In this document: piece by piece, positions 46,331 through 56,998 of the stretch | Layout: each line of letters starts with the position of its first letter | Position numbering within the stretch: position 1 is the stretch's first letter | NCBI GenBank assembly: GCA_017495115.1 | Contig: JAFEIJ010000005.1 | Location: forward strand, 93,423 to 157,422 | DNA length: 64,000 bases | DNA from: Chitinophagaceae bacterium | GTDB taxonomy: Bacteria; Bacteroidota; Bacteroidia; Chitinophagales; JADJOU01 | Direction: 5' to 3' | Notes under the pieces: generated by a model | Databases searched by the model: none | Told to the model about the DNA's origin: nothing | Seen by the model: the letters and a program-made list of their open reading frames with translations, nothing else | Translations under genes and position numbers: made by a program

Positions 46331-48397
46331 TTGGATAGGTCATTTATAATTTTTATATTGCTTATCCTTTGCTCAATTTTTATCGTTTATCGAATCCTTT
46401 TGATTCAATACGGGCAAAATGGGTATTGGAAAAAAATGTCGGATGACTTAAGTTTGATTACTCGAAAAGTAATTGCGGAGCGAGGTAATATATATACGTA
46501 TGATGGAAGATTACTATCTACAACATTGCCAACATTCGATTTGTACTTTGATACAAAAGCCGATGGTTTAAATAAAGTTTGGGATGAAAAAATAGACTCT
46601 TTGTGCTGGATGTTATCTTTAAGTTCAAAGGAAAATAAATCCATGGAGGCCTGGAAATCGTACTTTATGGAAGCACGAAGCAAAAATAATAGATATCTAA
46701 AAATTGCTAAGAAACTCACTTTTGAGGAATATAAATTAATCACGTCATTCCCAATTTTTAGAGAAGGTAAATCAAGAGGTTTGATTGTGGATCAAAACAA
46801 TACTCGAAAACGACCTTTTGGACTTTTAGCCCAACGAACTATTGGATATGTGGGGCAGCAAGGCAATGCTCAAATTGGCATTGAAGGTAGATTTAACAAT
46901 GAACTTTCGGGAGAAAATAAAGAAATTTTAATGCAACGCATTTCGGATAATTTTTATATGCCAATCAATGAAAATAGCGAGTTTGGTTCAAAGCCAGGAT
47001 TAGATATTTATACCACAATTGATGTTAATTTACAAGATGTGGCTGAAGCCGCTTTACTTCAAACGCTAAAAAATTCAAAAGCGCATCACGGTTGTGTTAT
47101 CTTATCTCATGTAAAAACGGGAGCCATAAGAGCCATTGCAAACTTATCGTTAAAAAATGGAGAATATGTTGAAGATTATAATTATGCAATTGGAGAAGCC
47201 AATGAGCCAGGTTCGGTAATTAAATTGGCTTCTGTAATGGCTTTAATTGATGAAGGATTTTGTGATGAAAATACCAAAATTGATATCGGAAATGGAGAAA
47301 TTACCTATTTTGATAGAAAAATGGTTGATAACCATAAAGGCGGACCCGAAGTTATTACGCTTGCCAAAGCATTTGAAAATTCAAGTAATGTTGGGATTTC
47401 TAAACCTATTTTCAAACATTTTCAAAATGACAAAGAAAAATATTATGAAAAATTAGAACAATTTCATTTAACCAAACCATTTGGTATTGAAATTAAGGGT
47501 GAAGCCGATCCTTTAATCAAAAAGCCAAAAGAATGGTCTGGGATTTCTCTACCATGGATGTCAATTGGTTATGAAATGAAGTTGACGCCTCTTCAAATTT
47601 TATGTTTTTATGCGGCAGTTGCTAATAATGGTAAAATGATGAAGCCCTATTTAGTAAGCCAAATAAAAGAAAATCAAAAAGTTATTGAAAACTTTGAACC
47701 AATAGTTTTAAGCAAACAAATTGCTAAACCAGAAACAATAAAAGCGGCTCAAAACATGCTTCAAATGGTTGTAGATTCAGGAACCGCCAAAAGAATTAAA
47801 AGTAATTATCAAATTGCGGGAAAAACAGGTACCAACTTGATAACGTATAAAAAGAATTGGACAACTCAAAAGAAATATCAAGCTTCTTTTGTTGGATATT
47901 TTCCAGCGAAAAAACCGGAATATGCTTGTATTGTCGTTGTTAATGATCCTTCAGTAGGAAGTTATTATGGAAGTGATGTGGCCGCTCCAGTTTTCAAAAA
48001 GATTGCAGACCGAATTTATACTACAGATATTGCAATTCATCCTTCTTTAGACAGTATTTCAAAAATTAGAAATTTCAGTTTACCTTCTTTTAAAGGAATT
48101 AAAAAAGATATTTTAGAAGTCACTAAAAATTTAGAATGGAAATCACATTTTGGAGATATCAAGACCGAATGGATTACGGCTGTCGTTGCAAATAATCAAG
48201 TGGTTTTAAAGCCCTCTTATTTTAATCAAAAATTAATGCCAAACTTAAAGTCAATGTCTGCCAAAGATGCCGTTTTTTTAGTAGAAAGCATGGGATTAAG
48301 AGCAGAATTACAAGGGCGTGGTAAAATTTTAAGCCAATCTATAGCTCCAGGAGAAAAAGTTTATAAAGGATTTATTGTAAAATTAATATTAGGATAA
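46331..48397 (+). CDS. ftsI: Penicillin-binding protein 3-like transpeptidase (FtsI) with a C-terminal PASTA domain
   Basis: N-terminal TM helix, a PBP dimerisation region, transpeptidase motifs SVIK, SSN and KTGT, and a C-terminal PASTA-like MPNLKSMSAKDAV...GEKV. TTG start. Confidence 0.9.
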   Translation: MDRSFIIFILLILCSIFIVYRILLIQYGQNGYWKKMSDDLSLITRKVIAERGNIYTYDGRLLSTTLPTFDLYFDTKADGLNKVWDEKIDSLCWMLSLSSKENKSMEAWKSYFMEARSKNNRYLKIAKKLTFEEYKLITSFPIFREGKSRGLIVDQNNTRKRPFGLLAQRTIGYVGQQGNAQIGIEGRFNNELSGENKEILMQRISDNFYMPINENSEFGSKPGLDIYTTIDVNLQDVAEAALLQTLKNSKAHHGCVILSHVKTGAIRAIANLSLKNGEYVEDYNYAIGEANEPGSVIKLASVMALIDEGFCDENTKIDIGNGEITYFDRKMVDNHKGGPEVITLAKAFENSSNVGISKPIFKHFQNDKEKYYEKLEQFHLTKPFGIEIKGEADPLIKKPKEWSGISLPWMSIGYEMKLTPLQILCFYAAVANNGKMMKPYLVSQIKENQKVIENFEPIVLSKQIAKPETIKAAQNMLQMVVDSGTAKRIKSNYQIAGKTGTNLITYKKNWTTQKKYQASFVGYFPAKKPEYACIVVVNDPSVGSYYGSDVAAPVFKKIADRIYTTDIAIHPSLDSISKIRNFSLPSFKGIKKDILEVTKNLEWKSHFGDIKTEWITAVVANNQVVLKPSYFNQKLMPNLKSMSAKDAVFLVESMGLRAELQGRGKILSQSIAPGEKVYKGFIVKLILG

Positions 48398-49867
48398 ATG
48401 ATAAAACGATTCGATGAACTTATTAAAAATATTGATTTTGTTGAAATAATTCAACAACAAGCCGATATTGAAATTCATCAAGTTTCTCTTGATAGTAGAT
48501 TTGTTGAATTGAATTCATTATTCGTTGCGATTAAAGGAACGCATACTGATGGACATCAATATATTTCTAAAGCCATTGAAAAAGGTGCTGTAGTTATTAT
48601 TTGTAATAAATTGCCTTCTGAAATAAACAAAAACGTAATATATGTAAGAGTTGAAGACCCTTCGTATGTACTTGGAATTATTGCATCCGAATTTTATGGA
48701 AACCCCTCGCATAAAATGAAAGTTGTAGGCGTAACCGGTACTAATGGAAAAACAACAACCGCATCTCTTCTGTATCAGTTATTTACAAAATTAGGCTATT
48801 CATGTGGATTGATTTCTACAATAGATATAAAATTAGGCTCAGAATCGATACCATCATCACATACAACACCCGATGCCGTTTCTATCCAACGTGTTATGCA
48901 TCAAATGGTTGAGAAAGAATGCGCATACTGTTTTATGGAAGTAAGCAGTCATGCGGTAGATCAGAATCGAATTGCTGGAATTGCTTTTGATGGTGCTATT
49001 TTTACAAATATTACGCATGATCATTTAGATTATCATCTTACATTTTCAAATTACCTAAAGGCTAAAAAACATTTTTTTGATCATTTGCCAAAAGATGCAA
49101 TTGCATTAACCAATATGGATGACAAAAATGGTTTAGTCATGTTGCAAAATTGCCAAGCAATGCATCGGACTTATAGTTTACAAGCTATGTCAAATTATAG
49201 ATGTGCTATCATTGATAAATTTCAAGAAGGAATGAGTTTGAAATTGGATGGTGTTGAGGTTTATACAAAATTATCCGGGACTTTTAACGCGTATAATTTG
49301 CTTTCGGTTTATGCCATGGCACTTGAGTTAGGTATGCAAAAAGAAGATGTGTATTTAGCTATATCTACCTTAAATCCAATTCATGGAAGGTTTGATACTT
49401 CAATCTCTGAAGTTAAGAAAATAGTAGGTATTGTAGATTATGCACACACACCTGACGCATTAGAGAAAGTACTTATTGAGGCTCAAAAATTGAAAAAATC
49501 ATCAAAAATTATAACAATTATTGGATGTGGTGGAAATCGTGATAAGGAAAAAAGGCCATTAATGGCAAAAATTGCTTGTCAGAATTCAGATAAAGTCATT
49601 TTGACTTCGGATAATCCAAGATTCGAAAGCCCAATTGATATTTTAAATGATATGAAAGAAGGTTTAGAAAAAGATTTAAAAGTTAAAAGTTTGACTATTG
49701 TAGATCGTCTTGAGGCCATCAGAACGGCTTGTGTTTTGGCAGAATCTCAAGATATTGTTGTATTGGCAGGAAAGGGACACGAATCGTATCAAGAAATAGA
49801 AGGTATAAAACATCCATTCGATGATAAAAAATTATTATTAGAAACTTGGAACGAAATGAATTTATAA
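48398..49867 (+). CDS. murE: UDP-N-acetylmuramoyl-L-alanyl-D-glutamate--2,6-diaminopimelate ligase
   Basis: GVTGTNGKTTT P-loop. The DNPR motif (TSDNPRFE) suggests meso-DAP specificity. Confidence 0.93.
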   Translation: MIKRFDELIKNIDFVEIIQQQADIEIHQVSLDSRFVELNSLFVAIKGTHTDGHQYISKAIEKGAVVIICNKLPSEINKNVIYVRVEDPSYVLGIIASEFYGNPSHKMKVVGVTGTNGKTTTASLLYQLFTKLGYSCGLISTIDIKLGSESIPSSHTTPDAVSIQRVMHQMVEKECAYCFMEVSSHAVDQNRIAGIAFDGAIFTNITHDHLDYHLTFSNYLKAKKHFFDHLPKDAIALTNMDDKNGLVMLQNCQAMHRTYSLQAMSNYRCAIIDKFQEGMSLKLDGVEVYTKLSGTFNAYNLLSVYAMALELGMQKEDVYLAISTLNPIHGRFDTSISEVKKIVGIVDYAHTPDALEKVLIEAQKLKKSSKIITIIGCGGNRDKEKRPLMAKIACQNSDKVILTSDNPRFESPIDILNDMKEGLEKDLKVKSLTIVDRLEAIRTACVLAESQDIVVLAGKGHESYQEIEGIKHPFDDKKLLLETWNEMNL

Positions 49868-49882
49868 TCTTAAAAAATTAAT

Positions 49883-51178
49883 ATGCTATATCATCTTTTT
49901 CATTTTTTAGATCAAAAATTAAATCTGCCAGGCGCAAATTTATTCAACTATCTGTCATTTAGAGCGGGTATGGCGGTTATTTTTAGTTTGTTAATTATGG
50001 TCGTTTTTGGTAAAAAACTAATTTCGTTTTTACAAAAAAAACAAATAGGTGAAACGATTCGAGATTTAGGATTAGAAGGTCAAATGCAAAAAACGGGAAC
50101 GCCAACTATGGGCGGTTTAATCATCATTGCATCAATTGTAATTCCAACATTATTATTTGCAAATTTAACCAATGTATATATTTGGATGTTAATTGTTGTA
50201 TCCATATTACTTGGATTTATTGGATTTTTAGATGATTATATTAAAGTTTTCAAAAAAAATAAAGAAGGACTAAAAGGTCGTTTCAAAATAGTAGGTCAGG
50301 TTATTGTCAGTATTTTTGTTGCAATCATGATGTATTTTCATCCAGATATTAAAGTAAGAGATTTAGATCACGTTTACGTTTTTACTTTAAACGATGGCGT
50401 AATAAATGATCCATACAATCCTGTTTTTAAAGAAAAAACCACAGAAATTATCAAAGGAAAAGGATATGAAAAAGATGGTTTATTTTATACACACGATACA
50501 AAAGATTTAATCACCAATGTTCCATTTTTAAAAGGAAACAATCTGAACTATGATAAATTCTTCGAAAAATTAGGATTACATCCATCGTTGTATTTTATTC
50601 CTTTTTTCCTGATATTAATTTTCATAATCACTGCCGTTTCTAATGGAGCAAATATTACAGATGGAATTGATGGTTTGGCTGCGGGAAGTTCTGCGTTGAT
50701 TGGAATAAGTTTAGCTGTATTGACTTATATTACAGGAAACAGTATTTTTTCAGATTACCTCAATGTTTTATATATTCCTAACCTTGGAGAATTGGTAGTT
50801 TTTGTGAGTGCGTTTATTGCAGCGTGTGTCGGATTTTTATGGTGGAATAGCTATCCTGCACAAATTTTTATGGGAGATACGGGCAGCTTAGCTTTAGGAG
50901 GAATTATTGCTACAATTGCAATAATTATTAGAAAAGAATTGATGATTCCATTATTGTGTGGCATCTTTTTGGCGGAGAATTTATCCGTGATGATTCAAGT
51001 AGCTTATTTTAAATATACTAAAAAGAAGTTTGGAGAGGGTAGACGAATTTTTTTAATGTCGCCATTGCATCATCATTTTCAAAAGAAAGGGATTCCAGAA
51101 TCAAAAATTGTAATGCGATTTTGGATTGTAGGTGTTTTTTTATCGGTAATGAGTATTGTATTATTAAAACTTAGATAA
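49883..51178 (+). CDS. mraY: Phospho-N-acetylmuramoyl-pentapeptide transferase
   Basis: [25 protein letters not shown] and PLHHHF motifs. Confidence 0.95.
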   Translation: MLYHLFHFLDQKLNLPGANLFNYLSFRAGMAVIFSLLIMVVFGKKLISFLQKKQIGETIRDLGLEGQMQKTGTPTMGGLIIIASIVIPTLLFANLTNVYIWMLIVVSILLGFIGFLDDYIKVFKKNKEGLKGRFKIVGQVIVSIFVAIMMYFHPDIKVRDLDHVYVFTLNDGVINDPYNPVFKEKTTEIIKGKGYEKDGLFYTHDTKDLITNVPFLKGNNLNYDKFFEKLGLHPSLYFIPFFLILIFIITAVSNGANITDGIDGLAAGSSALIGISLAVLTYITGNSIFSDYLNVLYIPNLGELVVFVSAFIAACVGFLWWNSYPAQIFMGDTGSLALGGIIATIAIIIRKELMIPLLCGIFLAENLSVMIQVAYFKYTKKKFGEGRRIFLMSPLHHHFQKKGIPESKIVMRFWIVGVFLSVMSIVLLKLR

Positions 51179-51193
51179 TCTCAAATTGTATTT

Positions 51194-52540
51194 ATGAAAG
51201 AAAAAGTAGTAATTTTAGGAGGTGGCGAAAGCGGTGTTGGAGCGGCGATTCTTGCAAAAGATCTTGGATTTGAGGTATTCCTTTCCGAACAGAAAGCGTT
51301 GAAGGAAGTTTATAAAAATCAGTTAGTAGAAGAAGGCATTTTATTTGAAGAAGGTTTTCATACGAATGAACTCATTTTGGGCGCAAATAAGATTATAAAG
51401 AGTCCAGGTATTCCGGATAGTGCTCCAATTGTTCAAGAAATTAAACATCGAAACATTGAATTAATTTCTGAGATTGAATTTGCATATAGATATCAAAAGG
51501 GAAAAATTGTAGGGATTACAGGTAGTAATGGTAAAACAACGACTACAAATTTAATTTATCATATTTTTAATCAAGCAGGACTCAATGTAGGCATGGCAGG
51601 CAATGTAGGAAATAGTTTTGCGTATATGGTTGCTCGAGCACCAAAAGACATTTATGTATTAGAAATTAGCAGTTTTCAACTTGATGATGTTAAAGATTTC
51701 AAATGTGATGTTGCCATATTGTTGAACATTACTCCAGATCATTTAGACCGCTATCAATATGAAATGAAAAACTATGTTTTTTCTAAATTTAAAATTACTC
51801 AAAATCAAACTGAAAAAGATGTATTTATTTATTGTAAAGATGATCAAGAAACTATAAACTTTATGAAAGCAAATTCAGAGAAAATTATTGCAGATAAAAT
51901 TCCTTTTTCAATAATGGAAAAAGTAGATCGTGGTGGGTACTTAGATGATGAAGATCGTCTTATTTTAAACTATAAAGAGCCTTATTATGAAATGGAGACA
52001 AAACAACTAACTATTAAAGGCAAACATAATCAATATAATTCTTTGGCTGCAGGAATTGCGGCACAGCATTTTAACATAAAAAGTGAAAAGTTAAAAGCTT
52101 GTTTTCAATCGTTTAAAGCGATTCCGCATCGAATGGAGTCCTTTTTGACACTTGGAGGCATAGAATATATCAATGATAGTAAAGCTACGAATGTAAATAG
52201 TACGTGGTATGCTTTAGAAAGTTTAAATAAAAAAGCCGTTTGGATAATAGGTGGGGTTGATAAAGGTAATGATTATTCTGTTTTAAAAGAATTGGCAAAG
52301 CATAAAGTAAAAGCTATTGTTTGTTTAGGAGAAGATACCATAAAAATTCACCAAGCATTTACAGGTGTTGTTGATGTCATGACATCTGCTCAATCAATGA
52401 AAGAGGCTGTAAAAGTTGCTAGTAAATTGGCTCAAAAAGGAGATTGTGTGATTTTGTCTCCATGTTGTGCAAGTTTTGACTTATTTGCCAATTATGAAGA
52501 AAGAGGAAATGTATTTAAACAATGTGTTAGAGAATTATAA
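51194..52540 (+). CDS. murD: UDP-N-acetylmuramoylalanine--D-glutamate ligase
   Basis: ILGGGESG N-terminus, GITGSNGKTTT P-loop, and dcw position. Confidence 0.93.
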   Translation: MKEKVVILGGGESGVGAAILAKDLGFEVFLSEQKALKEVYKNQLVEEGILFEEGFHTNELILGANKIIKSPGIPDSAPIVQEIKHRNIELISEIEFAYRYQKGKIVGITGSNGKTTTTNLIYHIFNQAGLNVGMAGNVGNSFAYMVARAPKDIYVLEISSFQLDDVKDFKCDVAILLNITPDHLDRYQYEMKNYVFSKFKITQNQTEKDVFIYCKDDQETINFMKANSEKIIADKIPFSIMEKVDRGGYLDDEDRLILNYKEPYYEMETKQLTIKGKHNQYNSLAAGIAAQHFNIKSEKLKACFQSFKAIPHRMESFLTLGGIEYINDSKATNVNSTWYALESLNKKAVWIIGGVDKGNDYSVLKELAKHKVKAIVCLGEDTIKIHQAFTGVVDVMTSAQSMKEAVKVASKLAQKGDCVILSPCCASFDLFANYEERGNVFKQCVREL

Positions 52541-52543
52541 AAA

Positions 52544-53746
52544 ATGAATACAAGTAGATTGTTTGATTTTTTTAAAGGCGACAAATATCTTTGGATAGTA
52601 GTTATTCTATTGTCGATATTTGGTATTATTGCTATTTTTAGCAGTACCGAAATCCTTTCATATAAAAAGGAAACATCTCTTTTCTTTTACTTTTTCAAAC
52701 ATTTTGTAATCGTAATACTGTCTTTGGCAATTGCATATTTTGTACAATTGATTCCTTATCAATATTATGCAGGTATATGGAAATTGTTATTACCATTAAG
52801 TGTTGTTGCTTTGATTTATGCAATGTTTTTTGGTGGTAAAATCAATGAAGCTGGCCGTTGGATTGAAATTCCTGTCATTAATTTAACGTTTCAAGCATCT
52901 GATTTGGCTAAAGTGGCTTTGGTCTTGTTTTTGTCTCGTTTTATGAGTAAAAATCAAGAACACATTAAAGAATTCAAACGAGGCTTTTTTCCAATGTTAG
53001 CAGTAGTTGGAGTGATTTGTTTTTTAATCTTTTTAGAAAATGTATCGACTTCAATAATGTTGTTTATGATGGCGGTTGTAATGATGTTTGTTGGACGTGT
53101 TAATAATTTTCATTTATTTGGATTACTAGCGGCTATGGCACTATGTGTATTTTTAGCAGTTACAATTATGTTAAAAGTTCCAGACGAGTATTTGAAAATA
53201 GGAAGGTTAAGAACAGCTAAAACAAGAATTGAACATTTCGGTGGTGATAAAGAAATGCTATATCAAGTAAAACATGCCAATATAGCAATTGCTAATGGGG
53301 GCATTTTGCCTAATGGTCCAGGTAATAGCCGACAAAAGTATTTTCTACCGAATGCGTTTTCGGATTATGTATATGCTATCATTATTGAAGAATGGGGACT
53401 TTTTGGAGGAGTCATTATTTTGGTGCTCTATCTTGTATTTTTATATCGAATAATTCTAATTGTTCTAAATAGTCCTCGAACTTTTGGTGCGTTGGTTGCT
53501 TTGGGTTTAGGTTTGTCGATAGTAATTCAAGCTTTTTTCCATATTATGGTTAACGTTGGTATTTTGCCTTCTACTGGAGTTACTTTGCCTTTTGTAAGTA
53601 TGGGAGGAAGTAGTATTTTCTTTTTTGGTTTTGCTTTAGGTATTATAATAAGTGTGAGTAAAAGTGTTGAAAATGATGACTTAGGAAAAGCGCCTAAAAA
53701 CGAAAGTTATATTGAGGAATTAGAACAACAAATTAGTGTATTATGA
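52544..53746 (+). CDS. ftsW: Cell division protein FtsW (SEDS family peptidoglycan polymerase)
   Basis: About 10 TM helices. SEDS blocks RWIEIP..FQASDLAK and LPFVSMGGSS. Confidence 0.9.
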   Translation: MNTSRLFDFFKGDKYLWIVVILLSIFGIIAIFSSTEILSYKKETSLFFYFFKHFVIVILSLAIAYFVQLIPYQYYAGIWKLLLPLSVVALIYAMFFGGKINEAGRWIEIPVINLTFQASDLAKVALVLFLSRFMSKNQEHIKEFKRGFFPMLAVVGVICFLIFLENVSTSIMLFMMAVVMMFVGRVNNFHLFGLLAAMALCVFLAVTIMLKVPDEYLKIGRLRTAKTRIEHFGGDKEMLYQVKHANIAIANGGILPNGPGNSRQKYFLPNAFSDYVYAIIIEEWGLFGGVIILVLYLVFLYRIILIVLNSPRTFGALVALGLGLSIVIQAFFHIMVNVGILPSTGVTLPFVSMGGSSIFFFGFALGIIISVSKSVENDDLGKAPKNESYIEELEQQISVL

Positions 53747-54876
53747 CAGACATAAGAGTAATAAGAGTTTTATTTAGTTGTGGAGGTACAGGAGGTCATA
53801 TTTATCCTGCAGTTTCAATTGCTAGGGCAATTCAAAGTAAATTGCCAAACGTAGAGATTTTGTTTGTTGGGGCAAATGGAAAAATGGAAATGCAAAAAGT
53901 ACCTAATGAGGGATTCGAAATTAAAGGATTAACCATTGCGGGTTTTCAAAGAGGTTTTAATTGGAATAGTATCTCTAAAAATTTACTTTTGCCTTTCAAA
54001 CTAATATTTAGCTTTTTTCAAACGTTTTGGATTTTATATAAGTTCAGACCCGATGTGGCTATAGGAACAGGTGGTTATGCATCAGGCCCAACTTTAAAAA
54101 TGGCTCAATGGATGGATATTCCAACATTTATTCAAGAACAAAATGCACTTCCTGGTTATACGAATCGAATTTTAGGTCAAAAAGCCAAAGCGATATTTGT
54201 ATCTTTTGATCAAATGGAAGCCTATTTTTCAAATAAAAATATCTTTAATTTTGGAAATGCAATTCGGGAAGATTTTTCTTGTGATTTAAAATCTAAATCA
54301 GAAGCTTTACAATATTTTAATTTTGATCAAAATAAAAAAACGGTTTTCATTACTGGTGGAAGTTTAGGCGCAAGACCAATTAATCAGGCATTATCAAATC
54401 AGCTAAATCTATTGATAGAAAATAATATCCAAGTTATATGGCAGTGTGGCGCTAACTATTTGGAGCAATACAAAGTTTATGAGTCGCCGTTGGTTAAAGT
54501 TTTTGGTTTTATTGAAAATATTCATATGGCTTATGCTGCAGCAGATATTATAGTTACACGAGCTGGTGGTGCCATTTTTGAAATGTTTGTGATTGGAAAA
54601 CCAATTATTGTTTTACCTTCTCCTTATGTAGCCGAAGATCATCAAACAGTAAATGCGAAAGCGCTCGAAAATCAAAAAGCTGCTATCATGATTAAAGATC
54701 AAGAAGCTAATGAAAAATTAGTTTCTACGATAATTTCTTTACTTCATAACGCTGAATTACAACTAGAAATGCAACAAAAACTTAAAAGCTTAGCAAAACC
54801 AAATGCAGCCAGTCAAATTGCGGAGTATGTAATTTCTTTTTTAAATAATAAAAATACGGATAATGGAAGATATTAA
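53743..54876 (+). CDS. murG: Undecaprenyldiphospho-muramoylpentapeptide beta-N-acetylglucosaminyltransferase
   Basis: GGTGGHIYPA motif and GGSLGA. 4-nt overlap with ftsW. Confidence 0.93.
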   Translation: MTDIRVIRVLFSCGGTGGHIYPAVSIARAIQSKLPNVEILFVGANGKMEMQKVPNEGFEIKGLTIAGFQRGFNWNSISKNLLLPFKLIFSFFQTFWILYKFRPDVAIGTGGYASGPTLKMAQWMDIPTFIQEQNALPGYTNRILGQKAKAIFVSFDQMEAYFSNKNIFNFGNAIREDFSCDLKSKSEALQYFNFDQNKKTVFITGGSLGARPINQALSNQLNLLIENNIQVIWQCGANYLEQYKVYESPLVKVFGFIENIHMAYAAADIIVTRAGGAIFEMFVIGKPIIVLPSPYVAEDHQTVNAKALENQKAAIMIKDQEANEKLVSTIISLLHNAELQLEMQQKLKSLAKPNAASQIAEYVISFLNNKNTDNGRY

Positions 54877-56194
54877 AAGAATTTACTTTTTAGGAATAGG
54901 AGGCATTGGCATGAGTGCTATTGCTCGATATTTCTTACAAATAAACAAAGAAGTTTTTGGATATGACAAAACGCCAAGCGAGATTACGGATGATTTAATC
55001 AAAGATGGCGCTAAAATTCAATTTGAAGATGATGCCACATTTTTTCCTGAAAATATTGATTTAGTAATTTATACACCAGCGATACCAAAAACAAGTGTCT
55101 TGTTTAATCATATTTTATCGCAAGATATCGAAATGATAAAAAGAAGTTCGGCGCTGGGTATGATTACCAAAGATAAATTTACAATAGCCGTTGCTGGAAG
55201 CCACGGAAAAACGACCGTGAGCTCTATGGTTGCCCATGTTTTAAAAACTTGTGGTGTCGATTGTAGCGCCTTTTTAGGTGGTATTTCTTCTAATTTTAAT
55301 AGTAATTATGTTTTTGGGAATGATGATGTGGTAGTTGTTGAAGCGGATGAATTTGATCGATCATTTATGCAATTACATCCAAATATTATTGTTGTAACAA
55401 GTATTGATACCGACCATTTAGATATTTATGAAAATAAAGAAAATATTGTAAAAGCCTTTCAAGCTTTTGTAGATAAATTGGACGAAAATGGTATTTTAAT
55501 CATCAATGAAAAAGCCGTAGAGGATTTAAATATCAAATCCGAAAAAGTGGTTTATGGCTTTAATAATGAAGAATATAATGCAACAGACGTAGCATTAGGC
55601 GAAGATTTTAGTTCCTTTCAAATCAATGAGGATGTTCAAAAATATAAACTGCAATTTAATGGAAGACATAATATAGAAAATGCATTAGCTGCCGTAATTG
55701 TGGGTTCCATGATGGATATTGAAGAAACCGAAATAGCAAAAGCACTTAACGGATTTAAAGGAATTAAAAGACGTTTTGAAGTTTTATTCAAGTCAAACAA
55801 TTCTGTATTTATCGATGACTATGCGCATCATCCCAATGAGGTTCGTTCGACATTAATGAGTATAAGAGAAATTTATCCTAATAAAAAATTGACTTGTGTC
55901 TTTCAGCCGCATTTATTTTCAAGAACTAAAGATTTGTACCTTGAATTTGCGCAAGCATTGGATATCGCCGATGAAGTTTTACTTCTTGATATTTATCCTG
56001 CAAGAGAATTGCCGATTGAAGGAATCACCTCAAAATGTATTTTAGAAGAAATGACAACAAAAGTAAAAATAGTTTCTAAATCAGAAGTTTTGGAATATGT
56101 GAAAAAAGAAAAAATTGAAGTGTTTACGACGTTGGGTGCTGGTGATATTAATTTAATTAACCAAGAGATTATTGATATTTTAAAGAAAAAATAA
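54863..56194 (+). CDS. murC: UDP-N-acetylmuramate--L-alanine ligase
   Basis: FLGIGGIGMSAIA and AGSHGKTT motifs. 14-nt overlap with murG. Confidence 0.93.
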   Translation: MEDIKRIYFLGIGGIGMSAIARYFLQINKEVFGYDKTPSEITDDLIKDGAKIQFEDDATFFPENIDLVIYTPAIPKTSVLFNHILSQDIEMIKRSSALGMITKDKFTIAVAGSHGKTTVSSMVAHVLKTCGVDCSAFLGGISSNFNSNYVFGNDDVVVVEADEFDRSFMQLHPNIIVVTSIDTDHLDIYENKENIVKAFQAFVDKLDENGILIINEKAVEDLNIKSEKVVYGFNNEEYNATDVALGEDFSSFQINEDVQKYKLQFNGRHNIENALAAVIVGSMMDIEETEIAKALNGFKGIKRRFEVLFKSNNSVFIDDYAHHPNEVRSTLMSIREIYPNKKLTCVFQPHLFSRTKDLYLEFAQALDIADEVLLLDIYPARELPIEGITSKCILEEMTTKVKIVSKSEVLEYVKKEKIEVFTTLGAGDINLINQEIIDILKKK

Positions 56195-56197
56195 AGA

Positions 56198-56977
56198 ATG
56201 CAAGAAGTTAGAAAAATAAGTTATAAAAAAGTATTTAAACTCGTCCTTTGGGGCTTGATTATAATACTATTTTTTATAGTTTCTTTTTTTGCTATTCAAA
56301 AAAGAAATATTCTAAGAGTCAATGGATTAGAATTTTCTATTAGAGATAAAAAGGGCAATTTCTTTGTGAACGATAAAGATATTGAAAATGAAATCAAAAA
56401 GATACAACCGATGTATTTAGGGACACGACTTAAAGATGTCAATTTGCAACAGATGGAAGCGATGGTGAATGAAAATGAATATATTGAAAAAGCAGATATT
56501 ATCGCAAAACCCAACGGTGTTCTTAAAGTTTTTGTCTCTCAAAAAAATCCAATTGCAAGGGTTATCAATTCGGGACAGAGTTTCTATATTTCAGATCAAT
56601 GGCAAAAAGTACCTTTATCTTCCAAGTTTACAAAAAGAGTTCCATTAATTTTAGGAAACACAAAAGGTATTTTATTTCCAACAACAAAAGAAGATTCTTT
56701 CAGAAAAAAACAAGTTTATACACTTTTAAACTATGTTACGGAAAATGATTTTTGGAATAAAGCTATTGATCAAATTTACATCGCTCCAGACAATAAAATA
56801 GAATTGATATTAATTTTTTCAGAGGCAATTATTCAATTGGGTTATATCAATGAAGATTATGAAAAACGTCTTGAAAAAGTGAAGAACTTCTTTAAAATAG
56901 CAGTTAAAAATGTAGATATTACACCATATAAAATTTTAAATTTTCAATACGAACAACAAGTTATAGGAATTAAATAA
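56198..56977 (+). CDS. ftsQ: Cell division protein FtsQ
   Basis: Single N-terminal TM helix, POTRA-like region, and position between murC and ftsA. Confidence 0.75.
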   Translation: MQEVRKISYKKVFKLVLWGLIIILFFIVSFFAIQKRNILRVNGLEFSIRDKKGNFFVNDKDIENEIKKIQPMYLGTRLKDVNLQQMEAMVNENEYIEKADIIAKPNGVLKVFVSQKNPIARVINSGQSFYISDQWQKVPLSSKFTKRVPLILGNTKGILFPTTKEDSFRKKQVYTLLNYVTENDFWNKAIDQIYIAPDNKIELILIFSEAIIQLGYINEDYEKRLEKVKNFFKIAVKNVDITPYKILNFQYEQQVIGIK

Positions 56978-56998
56978 ATAATAAAATAAATAATTAAT